From assembly GCA_964019335.1 (NCBI GenBank), contig OZ025672.1, positions 1-64,000 of the forward strand: 64,000 bases of DNA, read 5' to 3'. Position 1 is the first letter of the stretch. The number at the start of each line of letters is the position of its first letter. The position numbers were made by a program, and so were the translations under genes. The stretch comes from Diplonema japonicum (taxonomy: Eukaryota; Protista; Euglenozoa: Diplonemea). The notes below the pieces were generated by a model that searched no databases, was not told the DNA's origin, and was given only the letters and a program-made list of their open reading frames with translations. Positions 52,315 to 64,000 of this stretch are shown here, piece by piece.

Positions 52315-54093
52315 TTACTTGAACTTTCTGGCACGCCTAGAAAGGGTGACGGCAGCCGCGCTGCGAAAAGCAAAAAAGATGCCCACCATAATGAGGACGT
52401 AGGTGCCCCACGAATCACGGCTTACATCGCTGTTATAGATAAGCCTGTTCGTGACGTTGACGGCCGCAGAATTGTTGCTGGGAACGGCTGACTCTGCGAA
52501 CTCGATGATGGTGGCAAGGCCGATACTGTACTTCAGAGGGCAGACCCATTGGATCCATCTCATGAAGACAGGGATAGCATCTGCTGATACAAAAAACCCT
52601 GCAAACAAAATCTGCGGAACGTATATTGCAGGCACAAGGTTCACAGCCGCCTCTGCTCTTGTCGTTGCTGCGCCCAGCAGCAGCGCTGTCGATGCCGACA
52701 CAGCGGACAACAGCGTCAAGCTCAATACCAAATACAAGTAATTCCCCTGCATGTCCACCATGTAGTAGCATACAAGGGCGCTGACTGCCTGTTGCACGAA
52801 TGATGACGGTATCTCGACCATTGTCTTCGCAATGAAGTAAGCACTCGTGGAGTACGTCCCCACAGCGTACTCCCTGATGAACACAGCACGCTCAATGGGG
52901 AATACAAGAAGGAGGGGCTGCGCCGACAGGAACATGGCGTTCAACGTAAAGAAGACCAACGCGCCCCAATGATTGTTCACTTCCTTCATCACCTCGGTCC
53001 CGTCGTCGTTGCCCCACCTGTTCCCCGCGCCCTGAAACACAATGCCTGTCATCAACGCCAGCAGCACGCTCATTCCAAACCTCGCCCCCAACGTCATCTT
53101 GTCTCTGATGAATTGGTGGAACTCTCTCCTCAACAGGTGTGCCACCTGAACATGGAAGCTTGCTGTCGGGTTCCTCATCATGTCTACTGCCTTGTTGTCG
53201 TCGTGCGCCTCTTGCTGAGGTTCTTTTTGGAGGAGTGGTTCGATCTCCTCATCGGATAACGTCTGAAGTTTTCGCATCGCAAAGTCAGCAGGATTGTAGT
53301 TGGGCTTGCAGTGGTGGTTTCGCGCAGCGAAATAAGGCACGATGCCATCGATAGCACCATTGTACACCATCTGACCAAGCCTCAGGAACATCACACGGTG
53401 GAAGAGGTCGAACACCTCACTCGAAGGCTGGTGGATCGTGCAAATAATGGTGCATCCTTGCTCAGCAAGACCTCTTAAAAGCTTGATCAGCTCGGCGGCG
53501 CTGTGGGAGTCCAGCCCACTGGTAGGCTCGTCAAGGAAGATGAGGGAGGGAGAGGAGATGAGCTCCACAGCAACAGCAGTCCTTTTCTTTTCACCACCAG
53601 ACAGCCCAGGCATCATCACAGAGCCAATCATCGTGTCAGCACACCTCTGAAGACTGAGGGAGCTGATAGATCTTTCCACGAGCTCTTCACGTTCTGACGC
53701 TGAGGTATTAGGAAGCTTCAGGGCAGCCGTGAATCTAAGGCACTCCCTGGGTGTTTGTGTGGCGAAGAGGGCATCCTGCTGCATCACATAAGCAACCTTC
53801 TTCCTGTACTGCAAGGGGTCAATTGCTGCACCGTTTAAGGAGACTGTGCCTAACATATTCCCATACGGTGCCCTCCCAGCAAGGACGTTCATGAGGGTGC
53901 TCTTCCCGGCACCAGAGGGGCCCATGATGGCGGTTACCTCACCCGGCCTAAGCACACCTGATACGTTCTTCAAAATCTTCTTTGTTGCCTCCGGCACTTC
54001 AAAGCAAAGGTCTGTCCATTGCAGAGTAAGGCGCTCGCCCTTTGCATGGAGGGGGTTGGCAGGCAGGTCGTCGATGGGGACGATCTGAGACAT
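52315..54093 (-). CDS. ABCG: ABCG half transporter, copy 1
   Basis: GPSGAGKS, LSGGEKKR, FLDEPTSGLD, TIHQP and C-terminal TMD. Confidence 0.95.
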   Translation of the reverse strand: MSQIVPIDDLPANPLHAKGERLTLQWTDLCFEVPEATKKILKNVSGVLRPGEVTAIMGPSGAGKSTLMNVLAGRAPYGNMLGTVSLNGAAIDPLQYRKKVAYVMQQDALFATQTPRECLRFTAALKLPNTSASEREELVERSISSLSLQRCADTMIGSVMMPGLSGGEKKRTAVAVELISSPSLIFLDEPTSGLDSHSAAELIKLLRGLAEQGCTIICTIHQPSSEVFDLFHRVMFLRLGQMVYNGAIDGIVPYFAARNHHCKPNYNPADFAMRKLQTLSDEEIEPLLQKEPQQEAHDDNKAVDMMRNPTASFHVQVAHLLRREFHQFIRDKMTLGARFGMSVLLALMTGIVFQGAGNRWGNDDGTEVMKEVNNHWGALVFFTLNAMFLSAQPLLLVFPIERAVFIREYAVGTYSTSAYFIAKTMVEIPSSFVQQAVSALVCYYMVDMQGNYLYLVLSLTLLSAVSASTALLLGAATTRAEAAVNLVPAIYVPQILFAGFFVSADAIPVFMRWIQWVCPLKYSIGLATIIEFAESAVPSNNSAAVNVTNRLIYNSDVSRDSWGTYVLIMVGIFFAFRSAAAVTLSRRARKFK

Positions 54094-54640
54094 GTGTCCT
54101 GACGGAGGTGAGGATACAAGAACATATTTTTAAATACAGGGAAAAGAGAGTAAAGCGCCTTGACACAGGGGCTCGGAAGAAAGGAAGTAAAAGCGGCGAA
54201 AGAAACGGTGGAACAAATATGTGGTGCGAAGAAAGGATGCCACAGCAGGCTTCTCACACGAATCAGACGACCTTGGCAATACACCAACGGCAGGCAGGGT
54301 GTGGATTTTACGGGGTCTGACAACCCGCTTTCGTCTCACAACAAGTTAGATCCTGCCTGCTCGGTTATTGACAATGTAGAAAAATAATAAATAAACACAA
54401 AGGGCAAAGAGAGACAGAGCCACATATGCCAGAGATTCGCCGCGTGGGATAGTGCGACAGTGCATGCAGTTCTTTGAATTCGTAAAATTCGTAGCGCAAT
54501 GGATAATACATGGTTTCACACGAAGAAAAAGAGGAAGTGGCCGTTTGTCCGTACGGGAAGAAGCCTGAACGAAGCTTGTAACCCGTAACACGTCGTTGCC
54601 AACGTTCCCCAACAAAAAAAACACGAAAGCATAGTATCAT

Positions 54641-56416
54641 CTATTTGAACGACCTGGAGCGCAAAGAAAGCACTACAGCCGCAACGGTACGAAAGACAAG
54701 AAAGATAGCCAGCAGAATAAGGACGTAGATCCACCAGGAGTCGCGGGAGATGTCAGACTTGTAGACAAGAGCGGCGGCTGCGTCTGTACGGTTGTCGGGG
54801 ACGGCTGACTCTGTGAACTCGACGATGGTGGCCAGCGACACACCGTACTTCAAGAAGCAGATGTACTGCAGCCATCTCATGTACACGGGGATCGAGTTTG
54901 ACGAGATGAAGAAGCCTGCGAAAAGGATCTGCGGGACATAGATAGCGGGTACAAGCTGCATAGCTGTCTCCACCGTTGTAGTCGCCGACCCCAGAAGCAG
55001 CGCCGTCGATGCCGACACAGACCCCAACAGCGTCATCGATAGAATGAGGTACCCCAGGTTCCCGTTCAGCTCCAGCAACAGATAGGCGATGCTCACATTG
55101 ATGCACTGCTGCAGGAGGATCGCGGGGATCTCAACGAACGTTTTTGCGATGAAGTATGCAGCTGTCCCGTACGTTCCTGATGTGTACTCCCTCATGAAGA
55201 CAGGCCTCTCAAGGGGGAACACTAATAGCAAGGGCTGCGCAGCAAGGAACATCGCATTAATGGCAAAGAATACCAACCCGCCCCAATGGTTGTTTACCTT
55301 GTCAGCGACGTCTGCTGGGTCCGTATCGTCGCCCCACTCGTCGCCCACACCCTGAAAGATCAGCCCCACGAGGACGGCCAGCACGATGCCCATGACGTAC
55401 CGTGCGCCCAAGCTCACCTTGTCACGGATAAACTGTTTCATCTCGCGCACTGCTAAGTACTTTAGCTGTTTGAAGAAGGGCGCCATTTTCGTGTCCAGTG
55501 CATCGCCGATGCCGTCCAGGTTGCTGGTGGCACGTAACATGCTGTTCCTCTTGTTGTCCATGGGCTTCAGGTCGTAGCTCTGCAGCAGTGTCATGGCGTG
55601 GTCAGCCGGGTTGTAGTTGCTGGGACAGTCGTGGCCTTCCCTCGCGAAGTACTCACAGATAGTCTTCACAGGTCCGCTGTAGATGGTGCGCCCGTCGCGG
55701 AGCAGCATCACTTTATCGAAGCTGTTGAACACCTCACTTGAAGGCTGGTGGATCGTGCACACAATGGTGTTCCCTTTGCTGGCAAGCATCTTCAGGATAC
55801 GGATCAACTCGGCGGCGCTGTGGGAGTCCAGCCCACTGGTAGGCTCGTCAAGGAAGATGAGGGAGGGAGAGGAGATGAGCTCCGCAGCGACAGCAGTCCT
55901 TTTCTTCTCACCACCCGAGAGCCCCGGAGCCATCACAGAACCGATCATCGTGTCAGCACACTTTGTGAGGCCAAGATCGGAAATGAGGGAGTTAACCAGC
56001 TGGGTTCGCTCCTCTTCTGTTTTGTCAAGAAGCCTCAAAGCCGCTGTGAAGTGGAGGCATTCTCTTGGAGTTTGTGTGGCGAAGAGAGCATCCTGCTGCA
56101 TCACATAGGCAAGCTTTCTTTTGTACTGAGAAGGTGAAACCGGCTCTCTGTTCAAAGAAACTGTCCCGCTGGCTATGCCGTGGGGTGCCCTCCCAGCAAG
56201 GACGTTCATGAGGGTGCTCTTCCCGGCACCAGAGGGGCCCATGATGGCGGTCAGCTCACCAGGGCGAAGGGTTCCTGAAATATTATCAAGAATCCTTTTC
56301 TGCTTTACATCAAAGCACAGGTCATCCCACCTGAGGGTCAGAGGGTCTGATTTGTTGTCCCCAGCTATAGCACCATAAGAGACAGAAGCTTCGGGGCTCA
56401 ATAGATTGTGCACCAT
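54641..56416 (-). CDS. ABCG: ABCG half transporter, copy 2
   Basis: Same motifs as copy 1. Start placed at MVHNLL. Confidence 0.95.
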   Translation of the reverse strand: MVHNLLSPEASVSYGAIAGDNKSDPLTLRWDDLCFDVKQKRILDNISGTLRPGELTAIMGPSGAGKSTLMNVLAGRAPHGIASGTVSLNREPVSPSQYKRKLAYVMQQDALFATQTPRECLHFTAALRLLDKTEEERTQLVNSLISDLGLTKCADTMIGSVMAPGLSGGEKKRTAVAAELISSPSLIFLDEPTSGLDSHSAAELIRILKMLASKGNTIVCTIHQPSSEVFNSFDKVMLLRDGRTIYSGPVKTICEYFAREGHDCPSNYNPADHAMTLLQSYDLKPMDNKRNSMLRATSNLDGIGDALDTKMAPFFKQLKYLAVREMKQFIRDKVSLGARYVMGIVLAVLVGLIFQGVGDEWGDDTDPADVADKVNNHWGGLVFFAINAMFLAAQPLLLVFPLERPVFMREYTSGTYGTAAYFIAKTFVEIPAILLQQCINVSIAYLLLELNGNLGYLILSMTLLGSVSASTALLLGSATTTVETAMQLVPAIYVPQILFAGFFISSNSIPVYMRWLQYICFLKYGVSLATIVEFTESAVPDNRTDAAAALVYKSDISRDSWWIYVLILLAIFLVFRTVAAVVLSLRSRSFK

Positions 56417-57495
56417 CTTTTCTTTCGGTAATATAAACCTGGTGTGGTGAGTAAAGATCATGCTGAAAACTAGTTCTTTGTTTCTTTTGAGGGAAGGTGG
56501 CATGGGAGGGAGACAAAAATGAGTTGGGAGGGGATAAAGAAATAAAAAGTTATGACCATACATCCCGTTTTCTTTTTTTTTTTTTCCCGTCTTTCCTCTG
56601 AAAGCTCTTTGTATGATAAAGTATTGGATGAGTTACTCTTTCTTTGTTCTTTTCCTTTTCTCATCGTAATATTGGTTTTCTTTTTCTTTTTTCTCTTTTT
56701 CACGCCATTCTATTCATGCCTCTGGGGGGCTAGTGGTGAACCCTAACATAGTATAGCCTTTCTTTACATGATATTCTTCTTTTTCTCTCTGTTTTCTCTT
56801 CCTTCTTTTGGAATGTCGGAAACATCAACGACTTAACAAGAAAGTACACTACACAGAAGCTAGCTCTTTGAGGAGGGGGGGGGGGTTAAAGAATACTTTA
56901 AAACAAGAAAAGTTTGGACTCTCGGGCACCTATTTGTTCGTCTTCTAATTTATTTTTCCCTTTTTCCTTTTTTCCTATTCTTTCTTTTTTTTTCTCCTTT
57001 CCTTTTAACAATTCTCTCCATATGGTTTGCTCAAGAAAATAAAAAGGGGGGCCGTGTTAGGAATCGGCAGCAAATGATGGAGGACGCAATAAAAAAAAAA
57101 GAGAAATGCCAGAAAGCATCAAGCGCAGCGGGAAAAAAGAAAAAAATATACATTCGAGGCAACATCTTAAGCGAGGACACCCTTAAAAAAGAGAAAGAAC
57201 AAAAAAAACCCAAGAAGATTGGGGTACTTATTTCCCACCCCTGTCTACCCCATCCATCTCACTCCTTAAAAAATTAAACAGGCACTTTCCTTTTTTTTTT
57301 TTCTTCTGACTATATTCTTTGAGAGGGGAAGGGGTATAAAAAAAAGGGGGAAAGAGGATCTTACTCCTGGGCCGAACATCTCTCTTTTATTTTTCCTTTC
57401 TTTTTTTTTTTTCTTATCGTAAACCCGTCTTTCTTTCAGGGGGGAAGGGGGGGGTAGGATTGCTAGGAACCCAGAGACAGTGAATGATAAGGCGC

Positions 57496-57526
<31 letters not shown>

Positions 57527-57547
57527 CAAATTCTTCAAACCAATTCT

Positions 57548-59308
57548 CTACTTAAACTTCTTGGAGTTCATAGACAACATGACAGCGGCGAGGATGCGGA
57601 AGGCGAGAGTCAACCCAAAGAGAACGATAACGTACCACCACCAAGAGTCACGGGAGATCTCGTACCGCCTGAAGATGTCGTCACCAAACGACTCACGGTA
57701 GTCAGGAACCGCCTCGTGGGAGAACTCAGCAGCAGTGACAAGCCCAAACCCGTACCTAAGGGGCATGACCCAGCTAAGCCACCTGCACCAAGACGGGACG
57801 GAGTCAATAGAAATAAAAAAACCACCAAAGAGGATCTGCGGGACAAGAAGAGCAGGCATCACATTGACAGCAGTCTCAACAGACCCAGTGCTGGCCCCAA
57901 GGAGCAGCGCCATCGACGACGACGCCACAGCCAACAATGTCAGAGACACCACAATGTAGATGAAGTTGCCCTGCAGGTCCATCATGAAGTAGTAGATGAC
58001 TGCTGCGGTGATCTGCTGCAGGAAGTGCGTTGGGACCTCAACGATCGTCTTTGCCAGGGAGTAGGCGGTCGTCCCGTATGTCCCTGTCGTGTACTCCCTC
58101 ATGAAGACAGGCCGTTCGATCGGGAACACGATAAGCAGCGGTTGCACCGCCAAGAACAAACACGACATCGAGATGAAGAAGAGCCCCCCTGTGTGGTTGT
58201 TGATGTCCTTTTCGATCTCCTGCAGGTCCGTCGAGTCGCCGCCCCACTCGTTCCCTGCGCCAAGGTACAGCAGCCCGCACAGCAGCGCAACGAACAGGTT
58301 CATCCCAAACCTCGCCCCCAACGTCATCTTGTCTCTGATGAACTGATACCATTCACGCACAACGAGCAGCCTCACCTGCGTCAAGAACGGTGCCGACCTC
58401 TCCGCGAAGAACCCGTTGCTGATCCCTTCGATCTGACTCGAGCACTTCACAGGCGTCACCGCAGAGGCAAGTGGTTGGATCTCCTCATCAGTGAGCGTCT
58501 GAAGCTTCTGCATCGCAAAGTCAGCAGGGTTGTAGTTGGGCTTGCAGTGGTGGCCCTGAGCGGCGAAGTGCTCCACAACACCTTCGACAGTACCGTTGTA
58601 CACCATCTGACCGAGCCTCAGGAACATCACACGGTGGAAGAGGTCGAACACCTCACTCGAAGGCTGGTGGATCGTGCACACAATGGTGCATCCTTGCGAG
58701 GCAAGCCTCCTTAAAATGCAAATGAGCTCATAAGCATTGTGGGAGTCCAGCCCACTGGTAGGCTCGTCGAGGAAGATGAGGGAGGGAGAGGAGATGAGCT
58801 CCACAGCAACAGCAGTCCTTTTCTTCTCACCACCAGAGAGACCAGGGATGTTGATGGACCCGATCATGGTGTCAGCACACCTGTTGAGGTTGAGCTGGTC
58901 GATGGTCTCGTTGATGAGGGCAGTTCGATCCTCGACACTCATCTCGGGAAGCTTCAGGGCTGCTGTGAAGTGAAGGCACTCCCTGGGTGTTTGTGTGGCG
59001 AAGAGGGCATCTTCTTGCATCACGTAAGCAAGCTTCTTCCTGTAAAGAACAGGGTCCACCGCCTCACCGTTCAACGAAATTGTCCCAGAAGTCTTCCCAT
59101 ACGGCGCCCTTCCCGCCAGCACGTTCAGCATCGTGCTTTTCCCAGCACCAGAAGGCCCCATGATGGCGGTTACCTCACCAGGGCGGAGTACGCCGCTTAC
59201 TTCTCTCAAGATCTTCTTCGTTCCCTTCGACGTCTCGACATCGAAGTCCACCGTACTCCAGCTGAGCGTCAGTTGCTCTTGTCCATTGGGGGCATCGGGT
59301 GCCGACAT
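57548..59308 (-). CDS. ABCG: ABCG half transporter, copy 3
   Basis: Same motifs as copy 1. Start placed at MSAPDA after CTGCAG. Confidence 0.95.
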   Translation of the reverse strand: MSAPDAPNGQEQLTLSWSTVDFDVETSKGTKKILREVSGVLRPGEVTAIMGPSGAGKSTMLNVLAGRAPYGKTSGTISLNGEAVDPVLYRKKLAYVMQEDALFATQTPRECLHFTAALKLPEMSVEDRTALINETIDQLNLNRCADTMIGSINIPGLSGGEKKRTAVAVELISSPSLIFLDEPTSGLDSHNAYELICILRRLASQGCTIVCTIHQPSSEVFDLFHRVMFLRLGQMVYNGTVEGVVEHFAAQGHHCKPNYNPADFAMQKLQTLTDEEIQPLASAVTPVKCSSQIEGISNGFFAERSAPFLTQVRLLVVREWYQFIRDKMTLGARFGMNLFVALLCGLLYLGAGNEWGGDSTDLQEIEKDINNHTGGLFFISMSCLFLAVQPLLIVFPIERPVFMREYTTGTYGTTAYSLAKTIVEVPTHFLQQITAAVIYYFMMDLQGNFIYIVVSLTLLAVASSSMALLLGASTGSVETAVNVMPALLVPQILFGGFFISIDSVPSWCRWLSWVMPLRYGFGLVTAAEFSHEAVPDYRESFGDDIFRRYEISRDSWWWYVIVLFGLTLAFRILAAVMLSMNSKKFK

Positions 59309-59468
59309 TTTTTTGTTCTTGGTGTTAGTAATCTGCAGTGTTGTAAGAGGAGGGGAAAAAAAGGGGAAACAAAAAGGTGCTTGCAGAATAAATTTAGAAC
59401 GCAACATAACTGATTTGAATGACACCCGCACTCCATAACTCGGAATGTATAACAGGGTGAGGGCTAGC

Positions 59469-62400
59469 TCACTCCTCGTCGGTGGTGCGATTTTGCAGGT
59501 CAGGTTCGATCTGGCCTGGATCTATTTCAAGGGTAGTCTCTGGTTTCAGACTACAGGAAAGGGAAGGAGAAGCTTCGCTCTCATTGACAGGGGGCACTGA
59601 CACAGCAGCAGACTCACGAACAGGAGACTCACAAGCAGGAGACTCACAAACAGCAGACTCGCGATCGTCAATAACCATCTCGCACGGATCGTCTTCTGGG
59701 TCACGGACTGACATTTCCATCTCTAGTTCGACCTTTATAGTTTTGCAAATTCTCTTGAAAATGCATACCTCAGCAGTTCCAATTACCACCTCAGGTGCTT
59801 CAGGCGGCACCAAGGCGCGATCTTTCTTGTCTTCAGACTCTTCGCCCTCATCTATGCGCTTCATGCAGAAAGGGGCGTAGTGCTTAACGGCATACCCCAC
59901 CAGTGCTGCAGCGACAAAAGCTGTTGTTGGTGTCGTTGTTTTTCATTGCAAGATCTCTAACATACCTGCAAGGAGTGCCCCGACAAGCACGATGATAACA
60001 TTCTCCGTGTCGTCCCCGCCACCGCCAGTGTTATATGCAGGACTGTGGGCCTCCTTCGCCACCAAGACGAGGTTAGCGCAGTCGATTCTGCTCCCGTCCA
60101 TTGCATGCACTACGATACTCTTGCCCCTCGCTTTGTCGACACCGTTCGGAACAATGGAGTTCTCAGACCCTACTGTGTCCATGATGGGGTCTGTAAAAAG
60201 CTGCTTCCCTGGGATGGCTACCAGACCGTACTTCCCAGACAAGTCTCCAATTTCGCAGTTAATGATACTTTGTTGGCTTCTTGATGTGGGGCACTTCCCC
60301 GCCACGACGTCCAGCGGGTTGTAGTGCTGCCCTGCGCTCTTGCATCTTGTGTCAAGGTTGGTGCCCACCTTTTCGGTGTGGATGTGCAGGTTGTATTTTG
60401 TACCCGGTATGTCCGACACCCATGCGAGATCGATCAGAACTTGCGTGTTCCGTAACAACTCTGTCTGTGATATAAGAACAGAGCCCTTCAAGTACGGGCC
60501 ATCGAACTTCGCGATCAACTGTTCTTCAAGCGGCTCACCGATGCGTGCGCAGAGAGGAGGATTAGTCCCTAACACCACGGCCCTATTGAGCACACTAGCC
60601 ATCCCGTTCAAAGGAAGGCTTAAGTCAATGAAGTCTTGCGTAGAGTGGGCACTGAGAGGCCCGTGCTTCCCCACCATATCGCCCACCCTACAGTGCTCGA
60701 AACGTGAGCCCACCGCCTTGACGCAGTATGTAGAGTGGCCTATCATCAAAGGGTCGTAGTAGGCCTCGTCAGCAGGAGGGCAAGTTGTGTTTTCTTGCCA
60801 CCATGTGTTGTGCACCATCCAGCGAACACCCGAGCTTTTCAAACCAGGCAGGTTCACCTTGATCAAAGTCTCGTATTCATCTGACGTGAATGTAATGTTC
60901 CCAATGCTTCCAAAGTTCGCAACGTACTCCATCTTCCTTCCAGGCCGCTTCCCCACCACAAGATGTTCTGGAGTCATATCTTCTTTTGAATAAAGCACAG
61001 GACCCGTAAGCTTCAGGATCTCGGCATCTGACGCAAACGCGGCATCGGCGTCTGCGACCTTATCTTGCTGCTCGCTCTGTATGACGCCCACGTGCTTGTC
61101 AATTTGTGTTTGGTTCTTCACATCGTATCTGTTGAGCAGCGTATCATCGAAGCTGATCTGTACATCGATCATGTTGTGGCTGAATCTCAGAACAAGTCGA
61201 TTTGTTCGGATGCTCAGAATCCGCAACAAGAGGTCGTGCGTGTCGTTGTGGACAGCCTCCGGTACAGCATTCTCGAATGTCAGAGTCAAGTACTTCCTAT
61301 CAACCGTTTGTATTATGTCCCTGCTCTCATGGAGGAGAGAAAGGTCTATCTTACTCATGACTACCTCGCATTTGTACTTGCAGCAAGTGTCTACTCTGTT
61401 CGCGCACTCATTCACAGCACATACCGGCGTGGGGCATTCTGCTGGATTAGAACACAGTTTTGTGTGATGGCTGCTGTCGCACCATTTAACTTCCTTGTCG
61501 CGTGCCAAGCCGCACGATAGGGTTTGCGTAGCAGTGGTGCGCGTCCCCGACATGGCTGAACCGGTAACCACGTCAGCGCACCAGCATTCATCAAGGTGGC
61601 ACTGCTTTGGCAGCCACTCGACACCGTCGCTGCTGCACTCTGGGACATAGGCACCAACTGTCCCGTGCATGGCTCTTTCCCTCTCTAGACTGCAGGGCTC
61701 ATGGGGTGGTGCAGTCACTACTTCGCACACTTTTGCGATAACCGTGTTTATTTCCGTGCAAAACTTGAAAGGTCTGCACACGACAACATCGTTCCAACCC
61801 TCATTGGGACAGCCATTTTCTAGAAAGTAATCCACGCATGCGGACAAGTCGCTGTGCTTGCAGATGTCCACAGGATCCGTAGATATATTTCTGCACTCTC
61901 CACAGCTATCCTTGCAGACAGATCGCAGTGGTGTGTTCCTCGGGAACATGTTGGAGTAGAGGTACAAATCGTAGTCGCACCCTAAACCTAGGAACACCGA
62001 GCACTCCTTGAAGAGCACGCTATTGAGGATCCCGTTGGGATCGTCGCGGCAGGTCTCGACCACAGCATCATCGTCCAACAGCGTGAAAGAGTGTAGTATG
62101 TCAGGGGATTTTGATGATGGAAAAACTTCGACCCTGGCGGCAGACCTGTAACCTGCCCTTACTACGTCCCCGACATCCACGTGGGAAATCTTCCATCCCG
62201 CTCGAGTGCTTACTATTGTGCTGGTTGTAATAATAAACTTGCGTGAGTCGATGTGTACCTCCATCAGGTGTTGGGGCTCACCGTTGCTGCACGTTAACTT
62301 ATCATGCACTACCGACCCAGGGCATTTGTCCAGCAAGCTTATGTATTTGATGAGCTTCCCCCAAACGTCGGTGATGCCCGAGCATTCACTCCCCGGCTTG

Positions 62401-63773
62401 CAGGAGGTGCCGTCACACACGAACTCCTTATCCACACACTTCGTCTCAAGCGACTGGCACTCGGTACTGCATGAGTCGGACACCGAGCAGTACAGCTCAG
62501 TTAATTTACATGATTTTTGCGATAAAGGGGTCGTAGTGTTTGTCGTCAAACCGACTGCCTGGATCACGTTGGGGTACAGGTTGGCTGGCCCGACGTAGTC
62601 TATCTTCACGTTGGTGCCTCGAACGAGGTCGCTGACGCTCAGGGGAAGGCTGTCACCTGTCTGAACGTTCCGGACACGCGTGTCCGACGTAACGTTGAAG
62701 ACATGACCTGACTTGAGCCGCACCATCATCCAGAAAGCAAAGTTGTCGACCACCGCAATTGTTACATCCAATGAAATGTCGCCCGTCATAGACTCCACAG
62801 TGTCGCTCAGGTCTGTGAGATCGGGTGGGGTGATGTGCAGAATGTCCACTCTATTCACGCTCTTCTTCACAGCGTCTGTATATGACGCTCGCACGTACAT
62901 CCCGGCTCCCAATTCCATTCTGCTTGCCAGGACGGTACCCAGAGTCATTGTGTGCTTAGTCGCGTAGTAGGCCCCGTCAAAGGTGGGTCCATCATTGCCC
63001 AGTTTTAAAGGGTCGTCAGAGGGGCACGTCATATGGGGGATGGACCCATCAGCGCAAAGGGGGTCTGCCTCCTCAATGGTTAACTTATTAGCATGAATAT
63101 CGAAGTGACGGATGATGCCGTAGACTGGTGGGACGCATGCCTCTTCGTACGACAAGTCCATCTTCTGCCCTGAAACGGCACAGTTCGACTTCAAAGTGTC
63201 ACATGTCTCACGTGCGGTGTGCCCATTTATCAAGCACACGGGATTTGACAACGGTTGGTTCCTTGTGCATTTGCTACAAACTTCCTTCGAGGCTGTTTTG
63301 CAGGTCCCGCAAGTGTGTGGGCACAGTTCGCTCATGTGAGGGTAGCCGGCGACCCTTTCCCCGAGGTTTGCGAGTTGGGCGTTGCAGCCTATTGACTCCT
63401 TCAGCATAGGGCAGGTTAACTTGTTATTCACGAGAGTCTTCCACGGATCGTCAGGGCAGTCTTGGCAACATCCGTGCGTTCCAAAGTCAACACACACACC
63501 TTTAGAACAGACAGGGAGGATGGTCACGGCAGTGGGGTCGCACCTGATGCAGGTTTCCAGTTTTGGCTGCTTAATTTCGAAGAGTCGTGTGAAGACTACC
63601 TTCGTCGATAAATCAATGTCGTGTGTTCCCTTCATCAGTGCAGACAGACGATTAACCGGGCTGTGCCCACTGGCGCATCGGTTGAGTGGCTTGCAATCAT
63701 CACTCCCAACGGCGGCGGTAGCAAGCAACACGATGCAGACAACGCTTCTCTGCATTGTCCTACGAATCATCAT
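59469..63773 (-). CDS. Large type I membrane protein with ShK-like, thyroglobulin-1 and two Cu-only-SOD-like domains (2 exons)
   Basis: Signal peptide; CPHTCGTC and CKDSCGEC; YVPECS...QC...CWCAD..G; LHIH...C...GQHYNP...GDLSGKYG...SIVVH...C. Intron 59921-59965 completes the TM helix and adds an acidic tail. Confidence 0.88.
59921..59965 (-). other. 45-nt intron
   Basis: GTATGT...CAACAG; removal gives VGALLA-A-FVAAALVGY. Confidence 0.85.
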
Positions 63774-64000
63774 GTCCTTCCCTGTTTGCCGTCAATCTAA
63801 AAACTGGTAGATAAAAAAAAAAAAGACGAAGAGAAAAAAAACACTCGCCGCTCACCATCTTAACCGTTCGGTGTGTAGTTAAATATCGCCGAAAGCAATC
63901 TCCTTATGCATGCTATGGCTGTTTGTAAATGATAAAAAGAGAAGTTACCCTTCTTTAACATACTTTGAAGCAAGCTTCATGCTCCCGCTGCTCCCGCTCA

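Noticed and set aside
1-64000. tRNA, rRNA, SL RNA genes or a CRISPR array
   Set aside because: No cloverleaf, rRNA core motif, SL exon or regular repeat-spacer array was recognised by eye.

Overview
Eukaryotic nuclear DNA, most likely from a euglenozoan and probably a diplonemid (inference). About 25 protein-coding genes all lie on the minus strand, consistent with a polycistronic unit. Genes carry tiny GT-AG introns (34-50 nt), often have an AG acceptor just before the ATG, and are separated by homopolymer-rich spacers. Recognisable genes: PDI, a large kinesin, a MAP2K-like kinase, a PH protein, a UBL-ankyrin protein, adrenodoxin reductase, a small thioredoxin-fold protein, a GAF/dynein-stalk-like protein, a multi-TM adenylate cyclase, a Dpy-30-like protein, TMTC, an F-box-like/archaeal-type kinase, Rab32/38-like, AHCY, three tandem ABCG transporters and a type I membrane protein with ShK, thyroglobulin and Cu-only SOD domains. 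Top finding: a complete HDV-like self-cleaving ribozyme fold (23526-23661, minus strand, same strand as the genes) at the 5' end of a ~520 nt structured non-coding element set between poly(T) tracts. Three non-autonomous TIR elements and several short dispersed repeats are also present. Protein family calls come from motif recognition by eye; no database search was run.
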